NCBI GenBank assembly: GCA_046483985.1
Contig: JAWOCD010000099.1
Location: 32,001 to 96,000 of the forward strand
DNA from: Promethearchaeia archaeon
Lineage (GTDB): Archaea; Asgardarchaeota; Lokiarchaeia; Sigyniarchaeales; SOKP01
DNA length: 64,000 nucleotides
Reading direction: 5' to 3'
Made by a program: the position numbers and the translations under genes. The notes beneath the pieces are model-generated. The model was not told the DNA's origin, did not search any database, and saw only the letters and a list, made by a program, of their open reading frames with translations. Positions 1 through 8,836 of this stretch are shown here, one piece after another. Numbering within the stretch: position 1 is the stretch's first letter; each line of letters starts with the position of its first letter.

Positions 1-86
1 ATCTCGGAAAGAGAATCAAGACCAATTAAACTTACAATATTAGACCAGTCTAGTTTAATGGTCCAACGTAAATTTTCTTTTCTCAT
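1..86 (-). CDS. Partial CDS running off the window start (MRKENLRWTIKLDWSNIV...)
   Basis: ATG at 86-84 on the minus strand; frame open to the window edge; too short to classify. Confidence 0.35.
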   Translation of the reverse strand, partial: MRKENLRWTIKLDWSNIVSLIGLDSLSE

Positions 87-423
87 TATCTCTTCTATGA
101 CTTATTCCTAATTTATTATAAGTAAACACAAAAATTAAAGTTATTCCTTTGATATGTTAATAAAATTGCGACATAAAAATGATGGGATTTGAGATTATTA
201 GTGAAATAACGTATCTTTTTCTTTATTAAAATATATCTGTCAGAAAAAGATCTGTGAACGGCACATGGTACGCACCGATTATTTATAAATAAACTGTCCG
301 TGGAAGCGCTCTGGCTCTAGTATGGGCGGCATTTAAATCGTTTAGCTAATTAGACATTGGTAAGAAAATTTTTATAAGAAATCCACAAAAATGAGTATTA
401 TTACTTAAAAATTAATTTTAATA

Positions 424-2598
424 TTGATTTCAATGAAAAAAAAAACGAAATACCAATATCTTAGATCAATTGTATTGATCCTTGCCATCTTGGGTATGTC
501 TAGCGGTACTTTAGTAGGTGCGCTACTAATTAGGAGTGATTCCGAAACGATAGATTTTATGATTGACGAAGAAACCGTGAGAAAATATGGATTCTTTGAT
601 AAAATCGGGGAAACAAGAATTACCGGAACCATTCTTAAACCCGCTGGAGCAGATATCGATGAGTCAAAGGAGAGACCGTGTGTGTTTGTCTTTCACGGCA
701 TGTTTATGAATCGATTTCTCCAGCAGCAAACCGCGATGTATTTTGTCGAAGCGGGAATGTATGTGGTGATGCTCGATCATGTAGGACAAGGCGAATCTAT
801 GGGAAAATACCGCTTGGGATATGAATTAGAAGCATTAGGAAAAACAGTGATAGATTATTTTACTGCCGAGGGATTTGAAAAATTCAATATGAATGTAGAT
901 CTTGACGCGCTTGGATGTAATGGACATTCATACGGAGGGGTAACCTCTGCTTTCGCCGGAATTAACCGGAACAATCGGATAAAAGCAATAGCTTCCATAT
1001 GGAGTTGGTCAGAATTACCCCAGACTGTAGCAGACATCATGATGGGTATTGGAACTAAGCCCGAAGATCAATTTGATAATCCTATCTATCAATTTCTTAC
1101 CTCCCTTACTAATTTTGGAGACGCACTCTATTATGATAGGGAAGGAGATTACTCTCAAAAACCAGAGGATATACTAAATACCTTGGAGGATAGAAATATA
1201 AAAGACCGAGTTAACTATACCAAGAAATTACCTCCAAATTGGTTATTAATTACGGCAGAAAACGATGAATTAATAACACCTGACCAGCAAATTAAATTGA
1301 TAGCAAAAGCAAGTTGGAATGCTACGACTGGCACGCAATTTTCGGAGTGGAATGATAAAATTTCCGAGTCGATTGAGGAAAACAAGGAATGGACCAATTT
1401 GGAGTATTCGGATAGGAGTATAAAAGGTTCTTTTGAAAGCGGTACAGCTAGAAGTCTATCCTTACCCGAAGGAGAACCCTTTGGACACTTAATGGAAGGT
1501 TTTCTTGTTTCTTCGTATGTAAAAATTATGGAATGGTTTGGAGATGCCTTTAACTGGGAGGTTAAAGAGGTTGTAAATTCGTTAAAGGAAACTGGATTAG
1601 AAACCGATATGTTGGGAATCGATGGACCAGTTCCTGCTTTAGCTACATTTAAATTCGTAGCGGGAATTATTGCCATTATTTCCTTAGTAATTAGCTTACC
1701 CGCCATTATTTCATTCTTGGTACGGAAGTTTAAATTCGACGGGGATGAAATAAAATATCAAGAATTTATAAATTCATATGATAACTATTCTAAACTTAGA
1801 TATGAAGGGTTTGAATTAAAATTAATTGGGATAGCGATCCTGATTTACTTGGGCGCAGAATTTCTTTCAATTATATTACCGATGGGATTAGGAATTAACC
1901 CCAAAGCTTTTGGAATCCCTTATATTGTGGGCGATGCCCTAATTATTATTATGGCGATGCGTTATCTTATCGTTCTCCCCGCAATACTGATTTTATTTTA
2001 TTATCTGGTGAAAAAAATCAAAACTCCCATTAACCTCAAGAAAATCGGGATTTCGCCCGAGAAAAAAGAAATTTTCAAGGACCTTCTCTTGGGCAGTATC
2101 ATCGGAGCATTCTTTATAATCTTCTTTAACTTGATGTCGTTTATTTCGGTCGCACCACGGATGATTCCCCGTGAAAGCCCAACATTGGGATACTTTGGAT
2201 TTTTCCTTTTAATGGTTTATTTCTTTATCTTTTTCCTCATAGACGAAATAAGCTTTCGTGGAATAGTTCAAACCAAAATCCATGATTTTATCTACACAAA
2301 ACTACAGAGAAAACCCGCTTGGCTAAAAAAATGGGTAGAATTTTTTATTGCTAGTGGATTTCAAGTGATTATGTTGTTAGGAGGGACTTTCTTGGGAATG
2401 GTTTTATTCCTCGGGGGGCTCCCTCCGGTACTGGTGAGCGTGGTTCTTATAGGTGGATTCTCAACAACATTTATACCCGCATTTCTTAGTACCTATATCT
2501 ATCAAAGGACTAGGAGAATTATTCCATGTGTCATATCCTCGACATTGATTCTTACATTCTTGCTAGGCGGGAGCCTATTCGGTGCCACGCTCTTCTAA
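424..2598 (+). CDS. Membrane-anchored alpha/beta hydrolase fused to a multi-TM CPBP(CAAX-protease)-like domain
   Basis: N-terminal TM; FHG oxyanion motif, GQGES, nucleophile elbow GHSYGG, DELI acid, GH base; about 8 C-terminal TM helices with a degenerate EExxxR motif (DEISFRG). Confidence 0.75.
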   Translation: MISMKKKTKYQYLRSIVLILAILGMSSGTLVGALLIRSDSETIDFMIDEETVRKYGFFDKIGETRITGTILKPAGADIDESKERPCVFVFHGMFMNRFLQQQTAMYFVEAGMYVVMLDHVGQGESMGKYRLGYELEALGKTVIDYFTAEGFEKFNMNVDLDALGCNGHSYGGVTSAFAGINRNNRIKAIASIWSWSELPQTVADIMMGIGTKPEDQFDNPIYQFLTSLTNFGDALYYDREGDYSQKPEDILNTLEDRNIKDRVNYTKKLPPNWLLITAENDELITPDQQIKLIAKASWNATTGTQFSEWNDKISESIEENKEWTNLEYSDRSIKGSFESGTARSLSLPEGEPFGHLMEGFLVSSYVKIMEWFGDAFNWEVKEVVNSLKETGLETDMLGIDGPVPALATFKFVAGIIAIISLVISLPAIISFLVRKFKFDGDEIKYQEFINSYDNYSKLRYEGFELKLIGIAILIYLGAEFLSIILPMGLGINPKAFGIPYIVGDALIIIMAMRYLIVLPAILILFYYLVKKIKTPINLKKIGISPEKKEIFKDLLLGSIIGAFFIIFFNLMSFISVAPRMIPRESPTLGYFGFFLLMVYFFIFFLIDEISFRGIVQTKIHDFIYTKLQRKPAWLKKWVEFFIASGFQVIMLLGGTFLGMVLFLGGLPPVLVSVVLIGGFSTTFIPAFLSTYIYQRTRRIIPCVISSTLILTFLLGGSLFGATLF

Positions 2599-2698
2599 AA
2601 ACTAAAGATCTTTTTCTTTTTCTTTGATAATCAAAAAATCGTTATAATTAAAAACTTAGAAATTTATATAAACATAAAAGCAAAATGAGGATGAGATA

Positions 2699-3892
2699 TT
2701 GACTGACGAAAGTAATGATATAGTCGAGTCCCTCAGATCATTGACCGTAAAAGAATTAAAGGATATATGCAGATTGTACTCCATCTCTGGCTATTCAAAA
2801 CTACGAAAAGCGGGAATCATCAAAAAAATCGCACGAAGTTTGTCCAAAGAGAATCTGGAACGGGCCTTGAAAGGTGAAGGACCGGAAAGAGTATCAGTTG
2901 AGGATATAGAAGCTCCACCAGAAGTAGAAAAGAGCATTCAAACCCGAACCGTGGACAATCGAACATACCTTACCTATTTATTACCCGCATTAAATAAAAA
3001 AGAATTGAAGCAAATTTGCCGGAATTTTCAGATAAGTGGATATTCAAAATATAACAAGGTTGAGCTCATCGACTATATCTTGGATTTTCTCTCGGAAGAA
3101 GAAATGCTGTTACTTATTAAAAAACGAGAATACGATATCCTTCTAGATAACATTCGGGGTGCCCTTGATAAGATCAGGGGAAAAGATAGGGAACATGTTG
3201 AAAGAATTGACATCGTAAATCCAGATAGGCATGAGGTGGAAATCACATTTAAGGGATTTAATTGGGAAGTGGTGAATTTCTTATCCGTAACTAAAGAGAA
3301 CATACAGAACCCGCTAAGAGATTGCGATTGTAGAGTGGGAGCAAATATGGGTTTCTGCAGCCATTTTTGGGTAAGTTTTATCGTCTCGTTAAAGAAAAAG
3401 TTTTTTGAATTGGAGGATTGGACATTAACCGCCATTCCCGGCATTTTAAAAACTGAAATTAAGGAACTTGAATTGAATGAAGCGGATGATGAGGATGAGG
3501 AAGAGGAAGACGCAGAAGAGGGAGATGTCACAATTGTGGATTCCGGAACCGAGGATTATAATTTGCTTAAATACTTAGGCGATAGAGTTACCGTGTATGA
3601 AGGGGAAATCAAAGAAATTGAAGAAAAAAGCTATGTATATCAAGGAAGAAATACGGTCTATTACCTTGCCACTCTCAAAAACGTGAGATTCGGGCCGCAA
3701 ATCAAGCGGAAAAGCGACTATGATGAAGATAAGATTGTGGACCGAGAGAAATTGCTTATTCGCGTAAGTGAAAAAAAATATACGGAAAACGATCTGAAGG
3801 AGGAGGATACAATTCGTTGCAACGGCGGGGTACGAAGAGATGATTTCTTAGGGTTAATGCTCAAACGGGTAACAAAAGTCGAAAAATTATAG
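2699..3892 (+). CDS. Protein with two Rho-N/SAP-like HeH domains, a SWIM zinc finger and a probable C-terminal OB fold
   Basis: LTVKELKDICRLYSISGYSKLRK and LNKKELKQICRNFQISGYSKYNK repeats; CDC-x7-CSH SWIM motif; acidic linker; beta-rich C-terminus. Confidence 0.7.
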   Translation: MTDESNDIVESLRSLTVKELKDICRLYSISGYSKLRKAGIIKKIARSLSKENLERALKGEGPERVSVEDIEAPPEVEKSIQTRTVDNRTYLTYLLPALNKKELKQICRNFQISGYSKYNKVELIDYILDFLSEEEMLLLIKKREYDILLDNIRGALDKIRGKDREHVERIDIVNPDRHEVEITFKGFNWEVVNFLSVTKENIQNPLRDCDCRVGANMGFCSHFWVSFIVSLKKKFFELEDWTLTAIPGILKTEIKELELNEADDEDEEEEDAEEGDVTIVDSGTEDYNLLKYLGDRVTVYEGEIKEIEEKSYVYQGRNTVYYLATLKNVRFGPQIKRKSDYDEDKIVDREKLLIRVSEKKYTENDLKEEDTIRCNGGVRRDDFLGLMLKRVTKVEKL

Positions 3893-3992
3893 TTTTCCGT
3901 TTTACCAGATTTTCTTATTTTAAGTCTAAAAATTTAAAAGAGAAAGAGTTTTTTCTATTCACGATTTTAGAGAATATCTATAGAGTGAAATT

Positions 3993-5417
3993 ATGATGGA
4001 AAATAATAAATTTGGGCTTTTAACTGATTTTTACCAACTTACAATGTGCAATGCTTATTTATTAAAGGGGATCGGAGAAAAGCGAGCAGTATTTGATTTG
4101 TTTTTCCGTAGAGCACCCTTCCAGGGAGTATATGCGATTGCCTATGGATTGAATAAAGCAATTAAAGATATCTGCAATATGAAATTCTATACAGATGACA
4201 TAGAGTTTCTCAGGAATAAAGGCACATTTTCAGAGGTTTTCCTTGATTATCTTGGAAACTGGGACTGTACTCTCACTTTTCGCAGTATCGATGAGGGACG
4301 AGTTATCTTCCCCTATGAAACCATTATGCAAGTGGAAGGACCCCTCATTCAATGTCAGCTTATTGAAACGTATTTATTAAATTCGTTTAACTTTCCCACG
4401 CTCTGTGCCACAAAAGCCAACCGAATGTGGCTTACCAGTGGAAAGGAACCCATCTTGGAGTTCGGGCTTCGTCGCGCACAGGGACCAAATGGGGGAATCT
4501 CCGCCAGCGAGGCAGCGATGGTGGGGGGTTGTGTGGGCACCTCCAATGTCCTTGCGGGAAAGATCCACGACATTGATATCAGCGGGACTCACGCGCATTC
4601 ATGGGTTATGGCGTTTGATTCCGAATTAGAGGCGTTTCGAACTTATGCTGAGATATATCCAGATTCGTGCGTGCTTCTGGTGGACACCTATGACACCTTA
4701 AAAAGTGGAGTCCCAAATGCCATAAAAGTGGGAAAAGAACTCGAGGAAAAGGGGCATAAATTGATGGGAATTCGGATAGATTCGGGAGATTTGGCATATT
4801 TCAGCAGAAAGGCACGGAAAATGTTAGATGATGCCGATCTTGATTATGTGAAAATAATTCTTTCTAATGATGTAGATGAATATATTATTTCTGAAATTCA
4901 TAAACAGCAAGGGGAGGTAGACATCTGGGGTATCGGCACGAAATTAGCAACTTGTTACGATGACCCTGCATTGGGGGGAGTCTATAAACTCTCGGATCTT
5001 GATTTCGAACCGCGATTGAAAATTTCCAGCAACGTGAAAAAGACTACGATCCCGTGTAAGAAACAAGTATTCCGAGTCTATGATGAGAATAATTATATGA
5101 CCGGTGATATTATGGAACTAATTGAGAATAAGATATTGGAAAATCAGACCGTCTATGATCCGATTAATCCTATGAGACATTATGCCCTAAACAATCCCAC
5201 ACGAGTGGAGCCGCTCTTGAATCTGAAAGTTAAGGAGGGAAAAGTTGTTAAGCCTTTAGGGGGGTGGAAAGAAGCTAGAGAAATAATGGAGGAGGATATT
5301 TCACATCTCACTGAATCCCATACGCGACTATTAAATCCCCAAACGTATAAAGTTAGTATAAGTGAACAACTTCATCAATTACGGACCAAATTGATCGATC
5401 AGCATACCGCTAAATAG
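3993..5417 (+). CDS. pncB: Nicotinate phosphoribosyltransferase
   Basis: LLTDFYQLTM, EFGLRRAQG, GTHAHSW, LVDTYD, GIRIDSGD and GGVYKL motifs. Confidence 0.95.
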   Translation: MMENNKFGLLTDFYQLTMCNAYLLKGIGEKRAVFDLFFRRAPFQGVYAIAYGLNKAIKDICNMKFYTDDIEFLRNKGTFSEVFLDYLGNWDCTLTFRSIDEGRVIFPYETIMQVEGPLIQCQLIETYLLNSFNFPTLCATKANRMWLTSGKEPILEFGLRRAQGPNGGISASEAAMVGGCVGTSNVLAGKIHDIDISGTHAHSWVMAFDSELEAFRTYAEIYPDSCVLLVDTYDTLKSGVPNAIKVGKELEEKGHKLMGIRIDSGDLAYFSRKARKMLDDADLDYVKIILSNDVDEYIISEIHKQQGEVDIWGIGTKLATCYDDPALGGVYKLSDLDFEPRLKISSNVKKTTIPCKKQVFRVYDENNYMTGDIMELIENKILENQTVYDPINPMRHYALNNPTRVEPLLNLKVKEGKVVKPLGGWKEAREIMEEDISHLTESHTRLLNPQTYKVSISEQLHQLRTKLIDQHTAK

Positions 5418-5564
5418 AACTTTTGGGAAAATTATCCCATACAAAATAAGGAAACTTTTGTCATTAATCACAAGATACAACGCTTAATACTTGTAATTAT
5501 ATTAAAATTTTTTTTAAGGATCAAGTAGTTTTTATTATAATAAATTTCAAAAAAGGTATAAATT

Positions 5565-7301
5565 ATGTATCATATAGACGGAACAGACTATTTGAAAGAA
5601 AAATACTACAAAAAAACTGAATCAATATGCCCAGAATGTTTAGATAAAATCGATGCGGAAATTGTCGAAGAAGACGGAGAGATTTGGATGAAGAAAACGT
5701 GCCCAGAACACGGGGACTTTAAGGATAAGATAAGTTCCTCTGCAAAATACTATAAATGGACGCATTATGGCACAGACGAGTGGTCGTTTGAAAAAGATGG
5801 GGAAACAAATCCCCCCGATTGCATGGGAGATGACCCCAGAGGCTGTCCCTATAATTGTGGACTTTGCGATGAACATATTTCTACATGTTCACTTGCATTA
5901 ATTGATGTGACAAATCGCTGTAATTTTAATTGCAACTTTTGTTATGCTAATGTAAAAAAAGCGGGTTATTTAATTGAACCGTCATTAGAAGAAATTGGAA
6001 GAATAATGGATCATTTCCGAAATAAACCAATTCCTGCTCCATCTGTAATGTTTTCAGGTGGAGAACCCACAGTCCGAAAAGATTTTCCAGAGATATGTGC
6101 AATGGCAAAAGAAAAAGGGTTTAAAGAAGTGATTGTGGCAACAAACGGATACGGGTTTCAACGAAAAAACGGCGGTCTTGAGTTTACAAAAGAGTGCTTT
6201 GAAAAAGGATTAGATACATTATATTTCCAATTTGACGGAATTAACAATGAAACTTACGAAAAAACCCGGGGTATTAAAAATTTAATGCCATATAAAGAGC
6301 GGGTAATCGAAAACTGTCGAAAAGCGGGATTATCATCTGTGGTTCTTGTAGCGACCATTGTAAAGGGAGTTACAGACCTCGAGGTAGGAAATATTATTCA
6401 ATACGCAATTGACAACATTGACGTAGTTCGTGGAATAACCTATCAACCTGTGTCACTCTGTGGACGTATTGCGGCAGAAGAAAGAATGGATTTACGGATT
6501 ACGAATGCAGATGTCATCAAAGAAATAGATAAACAAACCAACGGTAAAATTGGAATTGAAAATTCATGGTATCCTTTAACCTCCATTGTAGAACTAGGAA
6601 GATTAATTTCCTATATAGCAGATGTAGATCCCGTGGAATTTACATGTCATCCTGACTGTGGATTTGCTACCTATATGGTTATCGATCCAGATACCAACGA
6701 ATTAGTTCCGATCACAGATTACTTTGATCCGGTGAAAATTATCGATTTCTCAAACAAGTTATGGAACAAGGTCAAACATAAAGAAAACGAACCAATTGAC
6801 TTTTTCTCAAATCTTTTAGGTAATTTCAGCGAAGTAGGAGAATCCGTTGGGGAATTATTAGATAAAGGCGCCAATTGGCTTGATAAAAAACAAATAAGCG
6901 CTAGATTCTTAGCTGGTATGTTGCAATATACGAAGAAGCCGGGTAAGTTGATGGAATTATTTAGCAGAGTATTATTAAACGGAAATTGGGAAGCAATAAG
7001 TTCATTTACTCATGGAACTCTGTTGATTTCATCCATGCACTTTCAAGATGCATACAATATGGATCTTGAGCGAACAAGACGATGTATTGTTCATTTTGGG
7101 TATGCAATGCCTGATGGCAGTGTATATGAAGCCCCGTTCTGTACGACGAACACATTGCATAGACCCGAAATCGAAAAGAAGATCGCAAAGAAGGTAACTC
7201 CTAAGGTAGAAAACGAATTTGATACTTCTAAAGGAGTACGCGTCGAGAATATTGAGGAAGAAATCGCCCATAATGGTGGAACCGAAAAAAAATCTGAATA
7301 A
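5565..7301 (+). CDS. tes: Tetraether lipid synthase (radical SAM, Tes/GDGT-MAS family)
   Basis: N-terminal CPEC...CPEHG rubredoxin-like domain; CPYNCGLC..H; radical SAM CNFNCNFC; C-terminal CHPDCG, RC and PFC cysteines. Confidence 0.88.
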   Translation: MYHIDGTDYLKEKYYKKTESICPECLDKIDAEIVEEDGEIWMKKTCPEHGDFKDKISSSAKYYKWTHYGTDEWSFEKDGETNPPDCMGDDPRGCPYNCGLCDEHISTCSLALIDVTNRCNFNCNFCYANVKKAGYLIEPSLEEIGRIMDHFRNKPIPAPSVMFSGGEPTVRKDFPEICAMAKEKGFKEVIVATNGYGFQRKNGGLEFTKECFEKGLDTLYFQFDGINNETYEKTRGIKNLMPYKERVIENCRKAGLSSVVLVATIVKGVTDLEVGNIIQYAIDNIDVVRGITYQPVSLCGRIAAEERMDLRITNADVIKEIDKQTNGKIGIENSWYPLTSIVELGRLISYIADVDPVEFTCHPDCGFATYMVIDPDTNELVPITDYFDPVKIIDFSNKLWNKVKHKENEPIDFFSNLLGNFSEVGESVGELLDKGANWLDKKQISARFLAGMLQYTKKPGKLMELFSRVLLNGNWEAISSFTHGTLLISSMHFQDAYNMDLERTRRCIVHFGYAMPDGSVYEAPFCTTNTLHRPEIEKKIAKKVTPKVENEFDTSKGVRVENIEEEIAHNGGTEKKSE

Positions 7302-7313
7302 TAATTAGGAGGA

Positions 7314-7616
7314 TTGAAAATGAGTAAAGAAAAGAAAGAAGCCGTAGTAGAAACCGAGGATGGACTAAAGATCAGAAAATTGACCGAATTACGGCCAACA
7401 GCAGGACAAGAATATAAGGAAGCGATGCTAAATCGTGTTGATTATTTCTCAGAAAAATACAAAAACGAATCCATCTTCAATAGTATTACAGAAAATACGA
7501 TTGTAAAGGGTATGGGTACTATACTCAAATTTAAGTCCAAAGTGGACGACGTACTCGGCGATAACAAGGAAAAAGTGCAAAATATAATTCAAAAAGCTCT
7601 TTTATTTGGTCTTTAG
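7314..7616 (+). CDS. Hypothetical protein, probably co-transcribed with tes
   Basis: 12 nt after the tes stop; AGGAGG RBS. Confidence 0.7.
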   Translation: MKMSKEKKEAVVETEDGLKIRKLTELRPTAGQEYKEAMLNRVDYFSEKYKNESIFNSITENTIVKGMGTILKFKSKVDDVLGDNKEKVQNIIQKALLFGL

Positions 7617-7716
7617 CCCTAAATCTTTTATTTATTTTTTATTTTTTTTTATGAAAAATTAACTATTTAGACTAAAATTACATGTTTATGAATCATATAT
7701 AAGGAGAAATATAAGG

Positions 7717-8781
7717 ATGGTTAACTTGCTATTGACAATTCCGATCACCGTTATGTTTATTTTAAATGGATTTGGTCAATTATATTATGGAATTAAATTA
7801 AAAAAACAATTTACAAAACAGCACAATCTCCATAACACCATATTTGCAATGGGTTTATGGATTACTGCGGGAATCTTATATCCCTTTTATTATTCAACAT
7901 ATAATGCACAAATTGCATGGCTTCAATCAATTTCATTATTTTGCATTTTAGGAATCACGCCCTTAATGATCTTTCTAATTCTGTTTTATCAATATCTTTT
8001 AGTGAAAAAGAACCCAGAGATTAAGAACAAGAGAAATATTAATATTTTTTTGGAAAATTATGACAAGCGAAATAAAGGAAAAAAATATACATATAAGACG
8101 GATCTTCACAGGAAAGCCCTTCATCTTTTTCCAGCAAGTGTTATATTATTTATACTAATCTTTGCAACACATATTTGGGATGGGATGTGGAACCAAAATT
8201 TGGTTTGGGGGATTTCGGGGGGGGATTACGGTCGATTTTTAATGTTAACAGCTGGTTTCTCCGGAATATTGATATTTGCGGCATTAGACTATGTACGCTT
8301 ATCCTATATCTTCAAAAAGAGTACAATGTATCATTTATTACCCAATAATGTGGAAGAATTATTAGGAAAAGCAATGAAGCGAAAGGAAATTTTTGAATTC
8401 ACGAAGCCCGCTTCATTGGTCTTAGCGATGGCCCCCCTTTTTATCTTTCCATTTGGAGTGTTCTGTGCAGCGGCTATGATCGCAACGCTGGGAGATGGTG
8501 CGGCCTCGGTCATTGGAATGAGATATGGAAAAAAGCATTTCCCGAAAAATAGCTCAAAAACAGTTATCGGGTATGTGGGAGGATTCTTGGCATCATTTGG
8601 AGTGTCCATCCCTTGTTTACTGCTTTTTGACGCGCATCTGGGAATGGCAAAGATCTTACTGATTTCCCTAGGGGGAGCCAGTATGTTTTTTTTGGTGGAT
8701 CTCTTAAACTTAGAAATCGATGATAATATGCTGAACCCGATTCTTGCGGGCTCGATGATGGCATTTCTCTATTTTCTTTAA
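7717..8781 (+). CDS. CTP-dependent polyprenol/phytol/diacylglycerol kinase family membrane protein
   Basis: RKALH, GDGAASVIG...G, KTVIGYVGG and DDN motifs; multiple TMs. Confidence 0.8.
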   Translation: MVNLLLTIPITVMFILNGFGQLYYGIKLKKQFTKQHNLHNTIFAMGLWITAGILYPFYYSTYNAQIAWLQSISLFCILGITPLMIFLILFYQYLLVKKNPEIKNKRNINIFLENYDKRNKGKKYTYKTDLHRKALHLFPASVILFILIFATHIWDGMWNQNLVWGISGGDYGRFLMLTAGFSGILIFAALDYVRLSYIFKKSTMYHLLPNNVEELLGKAMKRKEIFEFTKPASLVLAMAPLFIFPFGVFCAAAMIATLGDGAASVIGMRYGKKHFPKNSSKTVIGYVGGFLASFGVSIPCLLLFDAHLGMAKILLISLGGASMFFLVDLLNLEIDDNMLNPILAGSMMAFLYFL

Positions 8782-8836
8782 TTTTTTTGTTATGAGATTA
8801 GAAGATCTGGAATCCAATAACAATCTATGTCAAACT

